A DNA stretch of 64,000 bases from a virus: the IMG/VR virus record IMGVR_UViG_3300044827_000008, positions 24,348 to 88,347 of that record. One strand, written 5' to 3'. Under the pieces are notes generated by a model, which saw only the letters and a program-made list of their open reading frames with translations, had not been told where the DNA came from and searched no databases. Both the position numbers and the translations under genes were made by a program. How positions within the stretch are numbered: the first letter of the stretch is position 1; every line of letters starts with the position of its first letter. Shown here one piece after another: positions 48,108 to 58,367 of this stretch.

Positions 48108-50941
48108 TAGGCCGCACTCCCGATGCCGCCACCCTGGAGGCGCATCCGCTTGCCCGTGATCTTCGAGGTCCGCCTTTCGATAAGTTGCCCATCAACGTGG
48201 TACTCGATCGTGATGTTGCCGCCCATACCTCCACCCGTCCCGCCAGCCGAGGCCATGCCCGCCTTGAAGATGGACGACATCTTTGCAACGATCTCCGCTT
48301 CCTTGCCCTCACCGACCACCGCAAGGGATGGGCCACCGTAGCCCGGACCAAAGATACCGCCCTGCGCTAGTCGCGGAATGGTTGGGATGGCTCCGAACTG
48401 GGGCACGCCGGGGATGGCCTTAATCGCACTCCCCATGCGGTTGATGCCGCCGATGAAAATGTTAATCGCGTCGATGATCTGATTGATGTAGCCTCGAATG
48501 CCGGTCATGATCCCGGACCACACGTTGTTCACCGTCGTACCCAGTCCGCTGAATGCCGTGCCGACACCCCTCGCGATGTTGTTTGCAGTCGTGCCGAGCC
48601 ACGAGAAGAACCTGCCCATCGCGGGCATGAGCGTACCGGTGATCCACGCGCCGAGCACTTGGAGGATGGCCCATAGTTGGTTCACGCCGGTTCGGAAGAA
48701 TCCAACGTTGTTGTACGCCCAGATAATCCCGGCGACGAGGAGTGCGATGGCGACAATGATTAGGCCGATTGGGTTCGCGGCAAGGGCCGCATCGAGGAGC
48801 CACTGAGCCGCCGTCCACGCCAGCGTGGCACCCTTCACGACCAGCATCGCTCCGTTAGCAAGCAGCCATCCTGCCGCAGCAGCAACGGCACTAGCTACGG
48901 CGACGGCAGAGGATGCCACCCATGCAGCCGCAGCCCCGGCCCCGGCAGCAACCGCGCCAGCTAGAGAGGTGGCGGAAGAGGCTACCCATGCCGCCGCAGC
49001 CCGCGCTGCACTCCCTACTGCCGCACCTGCCGCCACGGCCCCCTGAGCCACCCATACTGCGGCAGCCCGCACCGCACTAGCCGCACTCTTGAGGCCCGCT
49101 CCGACCCACGCCAGCCCGGATTTACCCGCAGCCGTCTCCGACTCCATACCCATCGCCGCATACATCGCCTCAGACTCAGTCGCCCCCGTGGCAATAGCAG
49201 TATTCGTGGTAAAAGCGGACGCGACCCAGGCCGCAGCCGACTTGGCTGCATTGATCACGCCCTCGATCCCGAGCACGCGCTGGAGTGCGATCGCCGTACC
49301 CTCTTGAACTTGAACCGCCTGGAAGGCGAGGGCGAAGTCGTACACGGAGGTGACGACGCCATTGATCGCACCGACCGTCTTGATGGCCGCGTAGCCGATC
49401 GCAATATACTTGATTGCGTTGCCGACGGTCGCGCCATTATCCTTCAACCATCCCCATGCCGCCATGACTGCCGGGTCGGCAGTGGGCCACGCTACCTGTG
49501 ATAGTGCGGGGATCAGTTGGTTGAGGATGAAGTCCTTGATACCGCCAATCGCATCCAGCAGCGGCCTCAGCGTGTCCGATAGAAACTTTGCGACATCTCC
49601 GGCAAAGGCTGCTAGTTTGTCGGCCCACAGTCCGATCGCGATACGGTGGTCCGCGATCCAAATGGTGGCATCCGAGAACCAGATACCAAGTTGCGCCAGT
49701 GCGCCCGTTACGAAGCCTGCGACGGTCTTCGCAATGTTTTGGAAGGCACTCTGTCCCTTCGGAAGGGCATCGTTGAAAACCTGCATCATCACATCACGAG
49801 CGATGTCGAGCAGGTTCATGAACTCTTCAAACACGAGTTTCGCCATACCGATGACGGGCGTCAAGATTTGCGCGGCCTGTGCGTTGGTCAGGAACAAATG
49901 TTGGAGGATGATGAAGAGTCCCACGAGCGGCCCGATGATTCCCAGGAATGGGATGATAGGGCCTATAAGACTTTCGAAAGCCCCGCCAAGAATCGGAACA
50001 TCATGCAGCATCGGCTTAATCACACCGCTAAGTGCGGAGGCACCACCGAAGAGCGTCCCGAATACAGCGGTGAGCTTCAAGATTTCGAGCGCCGACTTAT
50101 GGACGCCCGGACTTAGCTTCTCCCACCACGCGATACCCTGCTTGATGAGGTCCTCCATCTTCTGGAAGGCGGGAAGGGCATAGAACCCGATCTGAAGCGT
50201 GATGCCCTGAATTGCTTCCTTGGTCGTCTCGATGCCAGACTTGTAGGCTTCCAGTGCATGCACCTGATCCGGTCCGAGCGAGACACCGAACTTCTTCGCG
50301 TCACCCTCCGCGCGCAGGAAAGCGGCCCCGCCAGCATCGATCAAGGGCGCAATCGAACCGAAGTTACGACCGAAGAGTTGCATGCTGAGTCGATCCCGCT
50401 CCAGGGGGTCCTTCATATTCTTGAGGTGCTCGATGATTTTCGGAAGCTGGGCCGAGAGGTTGCCACCGTGCTTGACGAGGTCCTCGGTCGTAAGGCCCAA
50501 CTCCTTAAGCTGTTCCGTATTCGCCTTCGAGAGTTTATGCGTGGAACGAAACTGCTGGTCGATACCACCCAGTCGCATGGTAAGACGTTGGATCGACATA
50601 GTCGCCTCGTCCGTGGTAAAACCCTGCGCGCGGTACGCCGAGATCAGGCCAGAGGATGCCTGCGTAGACTCGTGCGTGAGGAACGCGACCTTGGCGACGG
50701 CCTCTCCATAATGAGTCGCGCTATCGACCGTCTCTTTGAAAACGCCTGCCGCAACCCCACCGAAGATTCCGGCTGCCGCAGAGATGTTCGTGAACATCTC
50801 AGCCGCGCCCTCGCCGACGCCGAGAAGCGCACCGCCAAAACCCTTGACCGAGCCAAGAATTTCACCGAAGACATCCGATGCGCCCTCATCCTCTGCGCGG
50901 ATATGGGCCTGAAGAGTTACATCTTCCTGAACGTCTGCCAT
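48107..50941 (-). CDS. Tape measure protein
   Basis: 944 aa Ala/Gly-rich helical protein, AWV repeats, AQWLL.AAL.ANPIG, IPRLAQGG. Confidence 0.93.
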   Translation of the reverse strand: MADVQEDVTLQAHIRAEDEGASDVFGEILGSVKGFGGALLGVGEGAAEMFTNISAAAGIFGGVAAGVFKETVDSATHYGEAVAKVAFLTHESTQASSGLISAYRAQGFTTDEATMSIQRLTMRLGGIDQQFRSTHKLSKANTEQLKELGLTTEDLVKHGGNLSAQLPKIIEHLKNMKDPLERDRLSMQLFGRNFGSIAPLIDAGGAAFLRAEGDAKKFGVSLGPDQVHALEAYKSGIETTKEAIQGITLQIGFYALPAFQKMEDLIKQGIAWWEKLSPGVHKSALEILKLTAVFGTLFGGASALSGVIKPMLHDVPILGGAFESLIGPIIPFLGIIGPLVGLFIILQHLFLTNAQAAQILTPVIGMAKLVFEEFMNLLDIARDVMMQVFNDALPKGQSAFQNIAKTVAGFVTGALAQLGIWFSDATIWIADHRIAIGLWADKLAAFAGDVAKFLSDTLRPLLDAIGGIKDFILNQLIPALSQVAWPTADPAVMAAWGWLKDNGATVGNAIKYIAIGYAAIKTVGAINGVVTSVYDFALAFQAVQVQEGTAIALQRVLGIEGVINAAKSAAAWVASAFTTNTAIATGATESEAMYAAMGMESETAAGKSGLAWVGAGLKSAASAVRAAAVWVAQGAVAAGAAVGSAARAAAAWVASSATSLAGAVAAGAGAAAAWVASSAVAVASAVAAAAGWLLANGAMLVVKGATLAWTAAQWLLDAALAANPIGLIIVAIALLVAGIIWAYNNVGFFRTGVNQLWAILQVLGAWITGTLMPAMGRFFSWLGTTANNIARGVGTAFSGLGTTVNNVWSGIMTGIRGYINQIIDAINIFIGGINRMGSAIKAIPGVPQFGAIPTIPRLAQGGIFGPGYGGPSLAVVGEGKEAEIVAKMSSIFKAGMASAGGTGGGMGGNITIEYHVDGQLIERRTSKITGKRMRLQGGGIGSAA

Positions 50942-51025
50942 GCGCTACCTTCGTGTCGCGTTACTTCGGGCCGATGCCGCGAGTTGCGAACTCTGGCACG
51001 CACGGAGAACCGTTCGTCTCCTAGT

Positions 51026-51340
51026 CTACGACAACGGCAGTCCGGCAGCCGCAGCCTGCGTGCGAATATCCTCCTCGCCCGGCTTCACGCCGCCCCTCTT
51101 CCGCGCCTCGTCCGCCTCAGACTCGCCAGCGATCCACGCCAGGAGTTCCTGCACGAACCACTCCGGCGTGTCTTCCCAGTCGGCATAACTCGTACCGCTG
51201 TACCGCTGCATGAGGCCGTCGTACACGGCGATGGTGGGCGGCGTGCCCTTGAATCGCTTGAGGTGGAAGTCCCTAGAGACTTCCCTTAGCTCGCGGAGGT
51301 ACTCGTATCTGGCGTTTCCGGTGCCGTTGGGACTTTTGGG
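51026..51340 (-). CDS. Tail assembly chaperone, frameshifted (G-T-type) C-terminal part
   Basis: The -1 frame is open from the slippery site CCCAAAA to the stop at 51026. Confidence 0.8.
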   Translation of the reverse strand, partial: PKSPNGTGNARYEYLRELREVSRDFHLKRFKGTPPTIAVYDGLMQRYSGTSYADWEDTPEWFVQELLAWIAGESEADEARKRGGVKPGEEDIRTQAAAAGLPLS

Positions 51341-51711
51341 CCTACGGGCTTGGGGTTCCTCGCAGCGATCGCGCTCAGAAGTTCCTTGGCATCGTTCTCG
51401 GAGAGGCCCGCTACGGTGTCGAGGTCAATCGGGTCCGTCTTGCCGTTCGTCTCGAAGCCCTCACCACCCCACGCAACGATGACGCGCGCCAGTGTTGCGA
51501 CATTGGCCCGCGAGGTGTCGAGCTTCATCCCCCCGGTGTACTCAAGCTCGCCGGTCTGCTCGTTCTCTTTCTGCTCCGGCGTCCAGAGGTTGGCGTTGAT
51601 CGCATCGCGATCCCCGAGTCGAAGGTTCGCCTTCATCTCGACCCAGTCTCCATTCGGAAAGGTGTGTCGAAATGTCGGAACGTCTGCTGATTTCTGGATA
51701 CGATTTCCCAT
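51286..51711 (-). CDS. Tail assembly chaperone
   Basis: Between tail tube and tape measure; IVAW motif; slippery site near the 3' end. Confidence 0.85.
   Translation of the reverse strand: MGNRIQKSADVPTFRHTFPNGDWVEMKANLRLGDRDAINANLWTPEQKENEQTGELEYTGGMKLDTSRANVATLARVIVAWGGEGFETNGKTDPIDLDTVAGLSENDAKELLSAIAARNPKPVGPKVPTAPETPDTSTSAS
51334..51340 (-). other. Programmed -1 frameshift site C CCA AAA
   Basis: XXXYYYZ heptamer in frame GGC-CCA-AAA; shifted reading SPNGTGNARYEYLREL...VYDGLMQRY joins ORF 51026-51226. Confidence 0.8.
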
Positions 51712-51736
51712 GTTGTCCTACTCCCCCGAGTATGTG

Positions 51737-53353
51737 TTATCCGATGTTGGCGTTGCCGTTCGTCACCTTGATTGAGTCCTGACGCTTCGCATCGGTGTCA
51801 AAGACTCCGGTCAGACTGAGGTCGTACGCCACGTTCGTCTCATGTGCGGCCCACTTGATGTCGCCTTCGAGCGCACCGTAGAAGTCGAACTCGATGGACT
51901 TGGCGCGGAAGATGACGGACGCATCGGGCACATCGGTGCGAGGCACGAAGGGCACGATGGCGACGGTGAAGTCACCTGCATCCACGTCGAAGGGCTTGAC
52001 GGTGACGATCTGGCCGTGGTCCCCGAGCACAAGCGCGAGGCCGTCATCCACTGGAAAGTCCACGGTAAGTCCGGCAGACACCGACAACCACGTGTACGGC
52101 GGCACGATGTAGATTCGAGCCTCGTCGAGCCAATCTCCAATGGCGGGCACGATCGAAGCAAAGCTGATCGAGGTGCCACCCACGTGGAGTGGGGCTGATA
52201 GGACGAGAGTATCGAAGGTTGGTCCCGCACCGATGGTGATCCTCACTGATGCACCCGATGGAACCTCGAAGGTTGCGGGGTCGATGGCCGCCGTAGTGAT
52301 CGCGCCACCCGAGTGGAGCTTCACACCTGCGAGGTCCGCAACGGTTGTACTAGTCTTGCCGATCGCCTGGAGTGTTCCGAATGTAGTGGCGTCGATCTGC
52401 GAGCCGACTGCCTGGAGGCGGACACGGGACTGGGGGACTCGGAAGTTCGGCTGGTTCGTGTCGATCATGTCCCCGATTTCGAAAAGGTGGGTCGAGTCGT
52501 AGACGCCACCGTTCTCCAGCGGAGAGAGGTCCTCTTCAAGGGTCAGAGCGAGCGCGACTTCGCGTCGGCCACGGCCAATCTTCTGGTAGAAGGGTGCGAA
52601 GTCTCCAAAATACTTGCGCTTGTTCTGGTTCTTGTACTCGGCGGTCGCCTTGACATAGCGAATCGGGATGTAGGTCGTCGCGATCGGATTGTGCGACACA
52701 TCGAAGGGATCGAACTTGTCCACGAAGAGTCGAATCTGCCAGCCGTTCGGAGCCTCGACGGCATGGTCGCCGATGCTGGCTGCAAAGGCGGTGCCGGACT
52801 CGCGGCCCGCTCCACCCTTATCAAATCCGTTGCGACCGACCGGCCACGACTCCTGAGAGAAGCCATTGAGTTCCATCATGATCGGGTCATCAGTGCCCAT
52901 CTCGATCTTGAGCGCGTCACCCTGCGAGTAGGGGAACTGCCACTGGAGCGTCTCGTCACCCCACTCGAACGTACGCGAGCCTAGTGGATTGTCGTGGAGG
53001 TTGTTGGGGCTGCCGCCGTCCGAGCCAGAGGTCGGCGCGATTGCCGGAGTGTAGTCGTAGGTGTAGCCCACGCCTGCGCCACCGAGCGGAGTCACACCAC
53101 CAGCATTGAAGATGTCGAGCCAGTAGGGGAAGTCCTCGAACATGACATCGGACTTGTAGACCCACGTCGCGTCCACGAGCTTGGCGTTACCACGGAAATT
53201 GGAGACGAGGACGCCCCGCTCTTCCATCGCCCATCGACGAGCCTGATCGCGCTTCGGTTCGAAGGTGCCGTACACCTTGCGGTCGGCCAGGACAGCCGTG
53301 CCTGGAATCGCTTCCTTACCGGCCAAAATTTTCCGAAGTGCTAGTTCGCCCAT
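51737..53353 (-). CDS. Major tail (tube) protein with an internal beta-domain insertion
   Basis: ILAGKE..PGTAV N-terminus, C-terminal IKVTN; position after the tail terminator. Confidence 0.8.
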   Translation of the reverse strand: MGELALRKILAGKEAIPGTAVLADRKVYGTFEPKRDQARRWAMEERGVLVSNFRGNAKLVDATWVYKSDVMFEDFPYWLDIFNAGGVTPLGGAGVGYTYDYTPAIAPTSGSDGGSPNNLHDNPLGSRTFEWGDETLQWQFPYSQGDALKIEMGTDDPIMMELNGFSQESWPVGRNGFDKGGAGRESGTAFAASIGDHAVEAPNGWQIRLFVDKFDPFDVSHNPIATTYIPIRYVKATAEYKNQNKRKYFGDFAPFYQKIGRGRREVALALTLEEDLSPLENGGVYDSTHLFEIGDMIDTNQPNFRVPQSRVRLQAVGSQIDATTFGTLQAIGKTSTTVADLAGVKLHSGGAITTAAIDPATFEVPSGASVRITIGAGPTFDTLVLSAPLHVGGTSISFASIVPAIGDWLDEARIYIVPPYTWLSVSAGLTVDFPVDDGLALVLGDHGQIVTVKPFDVDAGDFTVAIVPFVPRTDVPDASVIFRAKSIEFDFYGALEGDIKWAAHETNVAYDLSLTGVFDTDAKRQDSIKVTNGNANIG

Positions 53354-53395
53354 GTGACGTTCCTCATCTTACACATTCCGCCCTTGCGGTGACAT

Positions 53396-53854
53396 TTACG
53401 GGTTGAACTGAACGGGAACCTTCTCCCGGACTGCGAGCTTCAACTCTACCACGCGATAGATCGCCCCGTTGACAACGGTCCATGACCAGTCTGCGTTCAG
53501 AATACGGGCACGAGCTACTTTTGTCGGCGTAAAGAGGTGAAGGTGGAGACGGAACGTCTCGCGGATCGGTTCGATAAGTGCACCTAGCACGTCTTCTGCC
53601 TGCTTTTGATCGTTCGCCCACGGGAATAGGGCCTTCAGTGTGACCGTCCAATCCGACTGCTCTAGCTCTGAACCCTGTTTCTCCGGGAACGAACCACCTT
53701 TATTCAGAATCCAAAGCTCTGGCGGCTGCGCCACTTGAAACTGCTCGCCGTAACGAATCGCGCCGAGTAGGCCGAAGAGTGGACTGCTCACCGTTTCAAG
53801 CGAATTGACCAGAACTGCTTGAACCTCCGGGATGACAACATCATCAAGTGGCAT
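53396..53854 (-). CDS. Tail terminator / completion protein
   Basis: Position, size and beta-rich C-terminus. Confidence 0.65.
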   Translation of the reverse strand: MPLDDVVIPEVQAVLVNSLETVSSPLFGLLGAIRYGEQFQVAQPPELWILNKGGSFPEKQGSELEQSDWTVTLKALFPWANDQKQAEDVLGALIEPIRETFRLHLHLFTPTKVARARILNADWSWTVVNGAIYRVVELKLAVREKVPVQFNP

Positions 53855-54414
53855 TACTCCACCTCCACCTGTTCCTCGCCACGCAACCACCTTTGGCCCA
53901 CTTCACTCACCAATGTACCGGCCTCCTCGTGTGCATCCTCCCAACCCCGAGCCAGAAACGGATTCGCGATGGTGCCGGGATGAAAGACGTGGGTCGGAAA
54001 CACGGTGAGGTCGGGACTGGACGCTTCAGACCTTGAGATCGCGCCAGTGGACCGTCTCGCGGTCAGCGATTGCTCTGCGCCTGCAAGTGAGTTGAAGGAT
54101 GAGGGGATGAATGCGAGCGTTTGGGCATTGCGTGCGAAAATATCGTGGGGCTGTGATCCTCCCTCGACCACGCCTGCATACTTAACTCCGTACGCCACGA
54201 TAGCCGATTGTCCGTCATCCTCAATCTGCATGAACCCGGCACGTCGCAAGGTTCCAGTGGCGACCGGGGCGTCAAGCTGTGAGTATCGCAGTAGGAGGCG
54301 AGCCGTGCCGGTAACGATAGCGCGGACGGCTTCGGGAACGCGAGCCGGGTCCAAGCGCAGAAGAAGGTCTTCCATTCCCTCCGGGTCGATGGTGAGGTTG
54401 ACTGTACCCGGCAT
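53854..54414 (-). CDS. HK97 gp10-like neck protein
   Basis: APVATGTLRR, YAGVVEGG..PHDI, VFHPGT.ANPFL. Confidence 0.85.
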   Translation of the reverse strand: MPGTVNLTIDPEGMEDLLLRLDPARVPEAVRAIVTGTARLLLRYSQLDAPVATGTLRRAGFMQIEDDGQSAIVAYGVKYAGVVEGGSQPHDIFARNAQTLAFIPSSFNSLAGAEQSLTARRSTGAISRSEASSPDLTVFPTHVFHPGTIANPFLARGWEDAHEEAGTLVSEVGQRWLRGEEQVEVE

Positions 54415-55299
54415 TTATGAATGAGTCATCCATCCGGCCCAGCGCCACCCGCCCGGATACGTATCAATATCCGACCCGTCGTCCGCAGCGAACGCGAAAT
54501 TCGGAACATTGGTCTGCCCGCGATAAGAGGTGATGACTGCCTTCACGTCGAGAGGGATCGTCTTGTCGTTCGTGACCGTAGCCAGTTTCAACCCCGTCGT
54601 GTTAGAGCCCGGCATCTTCGATGACTGGTAGCGGTATGCGGTCCATTCGGCTACAGCCTCGCGAACATCGTCCGGTGTCGTCCACCATCCGCCGTTTGGC
54701 GGCGCAAGGGAGGCTACGGTAATCGGTCCAGCGTTCGTCGAGATGCCATCAAGGAACTGATCCTCCCAGTCCTCATTGGGAGGCGCGGCATTATCATTCG
54801 GCTGCACGATTCCCCAGATACCGGTGAGGCGAATGTTCCCAAGGCGGAATGGGTCTTGGTAAAAAGTAGACTGACGAAATAGTTCCTGCTTTGGATATCC
54901 ACGAATGGGACGGAATCCCATTCGATGTTGCGAGAACTCGACGGTGTAATCCTGAAAGGTTGACGAGTCTTGACCGGGTGTAGCATCGACTTCGACCTTC
55001 GCGATTGATGCGAATGGCCCGACATGGAGGTCCTGCTGCCCCTGTCCACTGTAGAGTCGCGTCTCCAGTATCCACGAGAAGAGGCCGGGATACTCCAGAT
55101 TGTCCCACACCGCTTCGTCGAATCGGCGCGAGGTGCTCGTAATGAGGTCTTTCAAGAAGTTGTCGCGGTCCGTCCCGGCCTGACCCGCAGGCGGATTAGC
55201 TGAACCGAGGAGGCCCTGCCCCGTATAGAGACGGGCTTGTACGTCTTCGAGCGCGCAGTAGTCGAGGGACTCAAAGCGGCCCGCTGGATTTGCCGTCAT
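54415..55299 (-). CDS. Head-tail connector/adaptor
   Basis: YC.LEDV, LI...SRRFD, G.WG, P.DVREA, P.DV..VI..YR. Confidence 0.8.
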   Translation of the reverse strand: MTANPAGRFESLDYCALEDVQARLYTGQGLLGSANPPAGQAGTDRDNFLKDLITSTSRRFDEAVWDNLEYPGLFSWILETRLYSGQGQQDLHVGPFASIAKVEVDATPGQDSSTFQDYTVEFSQHRMGFRPIRGYPKQELFRQSTFYQDPFRLGNIRLTGIWGIVQPNDNAAPPNEDWEDQFLDGISTNAGPITVASLAPPNGGWWTTPDDVREAVAEWTAYRYQSSKMPGSNTTGLKLATVTNDKTIPLDVKAVITSYRGQTNVPNFAFAADDGSDIDTYPGGWRWAGWMTHS

Positions 55300-55309
55300 A
55301 GTCTTCAGT

Positions 55310-57133
55310 CTAACGCAAGCGTGGCGGAAGGGGAGTTACGTCCGGCCCCTCAGCCGCTCCCGGCCCATGCACCATCTTGCCCGCAGGGGGAGATGACGGC
55401 GGAACTTCAGAGGGTGGTGGCGCAGGGAATCGGAGCACTCGGGCCAAGCCGTCCTGGGTCCGCCGCGTGGTCGCAAGGATATTGGCGACGCCAAGTTGAT
55501 TCTTGGTTCGCTGGTAGACGATCGCCGCAGTACCGGTTTGCGACTGCGTGCTCGTCGCTTGGATTCGGGCGCGAGCCGTCTGCGCCTTCGGCACCGTCAC
55601 TCGAATACGAGCGGCCCCCTGCTGCCCCCGTGCCGTACGAAGGACGAGATTCGCCTTACCCGTCTGAGTCTTCGCGACGGTGGTGCGTATACGAGAGCGG
55701 CCCACCTGCGACTTCGTCGCTGTCGCACGGACGCGGCCCCTACCATCCTGAGTCTTCGCAGTTGTGACTCGAATACGGGCCTTACCAGTCTGCGTTTTCG
55801 TCCGCTCAATTACGACACTTGCCCTACCAGTCTGAGTCCTCGTGACCGTGACTCGAACGCGAGCCTCGCCCGTCTGCGTCCTAGTGATTGTCGTCCGAAT
55901 ACGAGCCTTACCGGGTTCAGTCTTAGCAGTGGTGACTCGAACGCGGGCCTTGCCGGATTGTGTTTGTAGTACGGTGCCGCGAACGCGCGCTTCACCCGCC
56001 TGAACCCTCGCCGTAGTGACTCGAATGCGGCCCCTGCCGGTCTGCGTCTGGCTCGCCGTGGCCCGCACGCGCGCCTTACCGGTCTGATCCTTCAGCACTG
56101 TGACCCGAATACGGGCCTTACCTGTCTGAGTCCTCTCGGTCGGCGCACCCGCTACAAAAATATTGGCCTTACCCGTCTGAGTCCTGACCGTCGTCGCGCG
56201 AACGTTGGCCGTGCCAGTCTGGGTCTTGACCGTCGTCGCGCGAACGCGAGCCTTGCCAGTCTGCGTCTTGACTGTCGTGGCCTGCGTGCGCGCCTTTCCG
56301 GTTTGTGTCTTGAAGGTCGTGATGCGAACGCGAGCAGCGCCGGTCTGGGTCTTCGTGGTTGTGATGCGAACGCGAGCAGCGCCGGTCTGCGTCCTGAGAG
56401 TCGTCGCACGAACACGAGCTACGCCCGTCTGCGTCTTGAGGGTTGTTGCGCGGACGCGGGCCACGCCCGGCTGGGTCTTAGCAGTCGTAATGCGCACGCG
56501 CGCCGTGCCCGCCTGAGTCTGTGCAGTAGTGATTCGCACGCGAGCCTTTCCGGGCTGGGGCTTGAGAGTCGTGGCACGGAGGTTGGCTTTACCGGGCTGG
56601 GTCTTGAGAGTCGAGACTTGAATCCGCGCCTTGCCCGCCTGAGTCTGTGCAGTAGTGATTCGCACGCGACCCTTGCCGGGCTGAGTCTTGAGAGTCGTCG
56701 CGCGGATGTTAGCCTTACCGGGTTGAGTTTGCGGTGTAGTGATCTGGACATGCGCAAGGCCGGGCTGATTTTGAGTCGTCGTCGATGTTGCCCGAACAGA
56801 GGCAATGAATTGCTGGGCCGATCGGAAGGGTAGAAGCCGCTTGCGAATGTAGAGCGGAGTTTGCCTTAGCGCATAGACCGGTGGCTGTGCGTATCCACCC
56901 GTTGGGAAAATAATGTGAGCGACACCAGTTTGATTTTGTGTAGTGTTGGCCTGGATACGCGCCACACCGGTAATCGTCGGGGCCGGGGTCTTCGTGACCT
57001 GAATTCGGGCCACACCGGTAATGGTTTGAACCGTCGTGGGCGCGATTGCGGTGATGAATCGTTGGGCCGACGCGTAGGGCCGCTGCCGCCTAAACAGATA
57101 GAGCGGAGTCCTTTTAAGGGTACGCGCGGGCAT
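55310..57133 (-). CDS. Basic protein of about 35 tandem 14-aa repeats (TTxKTQTGKARVRx); possible virion fibre
   Basis: 32 consecutive repeats plus 3 N-terminal ones counted by eye; 42-bp periodicity in the DNA. Confidence 0.85.
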   Translation of the reverse strand: MPARTLKRTPLYLFRRQRPYASAQRFITAIAPTTVQTITGVARIQVTKTPAPTITGVARIQANTTQNQTGVAHIIFPTGGYAQPPVYALRQTPLYIRKRLLPFRSAQQFIASVRATSTTTQNQPGLAHVQITTPQTQPGKANIRATTLKTQPGKGRVRITTAQTQAGKARIQVSTLKTQPGKANLRATTLKPQPGKARVRITTAQTQAGTARVRITTAKTQPGVARVRATTLKTQTGVARVRATTLRTQTGAARVRITTTKTQTGAARVRITTFKTQTGKARTQATTVKTQTGKARVRATTVKTQTGTANVRATTVRTQTGKANIFVAGAPTERTQTGKARIRVTVLKDQTGKARVRATASQTQTGRGRIRVTTARVQAGEARVRGTVLQTQSGKARVRVTTAKTEPGKARIRTTITRTQTGEARVRVTVTRTQTGRASVVIERTKTQTGKARIRVTTAKTQDGRGRVRATATKSQVGRSRIRTTVAKTQTGKANLVLRTARGQQGAARIRVTVPKAQTARARIQATSTQSQTGTAAIVYQRTKNQLGVANILATTRRTQDGLARVLRFPAPPPSEVPPSSPPAGKMVHGPGAAEGPDVTPLPPRLR

Positions 57134-57138
57134 TGGGT

Positions 57139-57570
57139 TTAGTCCATGCCGATCATCGCTTGGTAGTTCTTACCATCGACGGTCGCCTGCCAGCCGAGAT
57201 AGTAGCGGGTACGGTGCCCCGTCTCTTCCATCTCGACGTTGAAGAGGATTTGGTTACGGCGGAAATAGATCAGCCGAAGTACAACATCCCCCACGAGATG
57301 CTCGTGCGCATCTCCCACCCAAACGTTCTGGCCGTCGATCTCAAAATGCCCATCGCGCAAATCAACCAGCGCCGTGCGCTCGTCGCCGCTCCTGATTGTT
57401 TCATAATCCGCAGTCTCAATTCCGAAGCGGACCACTTCATCCTGTCGTACATCGGTGTAGGCCGACCCGCCCTCACGCGTCTCCGACTTATCCTCCGGCG
57501 TCTGCTTAAAGATCGAGCCGTCGGCATAGAGAACTGAGAAGAGGTACTTAAGTTCTGGTGTCGTCGCCAT
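57139..57570 (-). CDS. Hypothetical virion-module protein
   Basis: RLIYFRRN...YYLGWQ; located in the head-neck interval. Confidence 0.7.
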   Translation of the reverse strand: MATTPELKYLFSVLYADGSIFKQTPEDKSETREGGSAYTDVRQDEVVRFGIETADYETIRSGDERTALVDLRDGHFEIDGQNVWVGDAHEHLVGDVVLRLIYFRRNQILFNVEMEETGHRTRYYLGWQATVDGKNYQAMIGMD

Positions 57571-57610
57571 TGGATTGACTCCTTCCCATTGGATTGGGGT
57601 GAATTACGTC

Positions 57611-58366
57611 TTAGTCGAGTGAGACGAGCGAGTAGTCCAGGGTGGTGAACGAGTTACCTGCGGTGGCCGCACCGAGAATGAGCGAGAGGTCGAAGAAAAT
57701 CGGGACCAACAGACCACCCGCACCGGTCGCGATGACCGCTGTCGGAGCCGTATCTACCGCCGTGTTCTGCAAGAGCGTGGTCACGAACGTGGCTGCCGTC
57801 AAAAGGTCGTTGTAGAACGTACCCACTGCTCGCAGAGAACCGGATGCGCCAACGGCACGAACTGTGATCATGAGATCAATCCACCACTGGTGCGTCACCG
57901 CTGCGGCAGGAGTGATAGTCGCTGGAAACTGCGCCATCATCTGGCCCGTGGTCAAGGGGTTGGCGTAGGTCGGACCGAACTGGGCCGCGAGGCTGAAGGT
58001 TGGAATCGTGGCTGTGGCGAGTGCGGTGCCGTAGGCCCGCATCCAGAATCGCGACCCAGCGAGCTTGAAGTATTGTGGCGCAATCGGCTGGACACATTCG
58101 GTGGTCAGGATTGACTTGCCGGGGGTCGTGGCGGGCGTTGAAGCGGTGCCGTCAACCGTCATCGACGCAAGCGTTTCAAAACCAGAAAAGTTCGTACCGG
58201 GACCATCCCAGTGCGGGATATGAACGTCCGTAATTCCGCGCTCAAGGACCCAGAACTTCCGATCTGTCTTCGTCATCTCGGTAACGTGACGCGGAAGCCA
58301 GATGCGCTTACCCTGAAGGAAGCCTTCGGGCGGGGGATTGTAGGGCTGTCCGACTATCTGAATCAC
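57611..58366 (-). CDS. Putative virion structural protein (Thr/Ala-rich beta protein)
   Basis: ORF composition and position. Confidence 0.65.
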   Translation of the reverse strand: MIQIVGQPYNPPPEGFLQGKRIWLPRHVTEMTKTDRKFWVLERGITDVHIPHWDGPGTNFSGFETLASMTVDGTASTPATTPGKSILTTECVQPIAPQYFKLAGSRFWMRAYGTALATATIPTFSLAAQFGPTYANPLTTGQMMAQFPATITPAAAVTHQWWIDLMITVRAVGASGSLRAVGTFYNDLLTAATFVTTLLQNTAVDTAPTAVIATGAGGLLVPIFFDLSLILGAATAGNSFTTLDYSLVSLD

Positions 58367-58367
58367 T

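Noticed and set aside
8993-51289. Long plus-strand ORFs antisense to real genes (e.g. 8993-9880, 11821-12561, 29315-30205, 49410-50183, 50258-51289)
   Set aside because: Typical shadow ORFs of GC-rich coding DNA with no motifs or RBS
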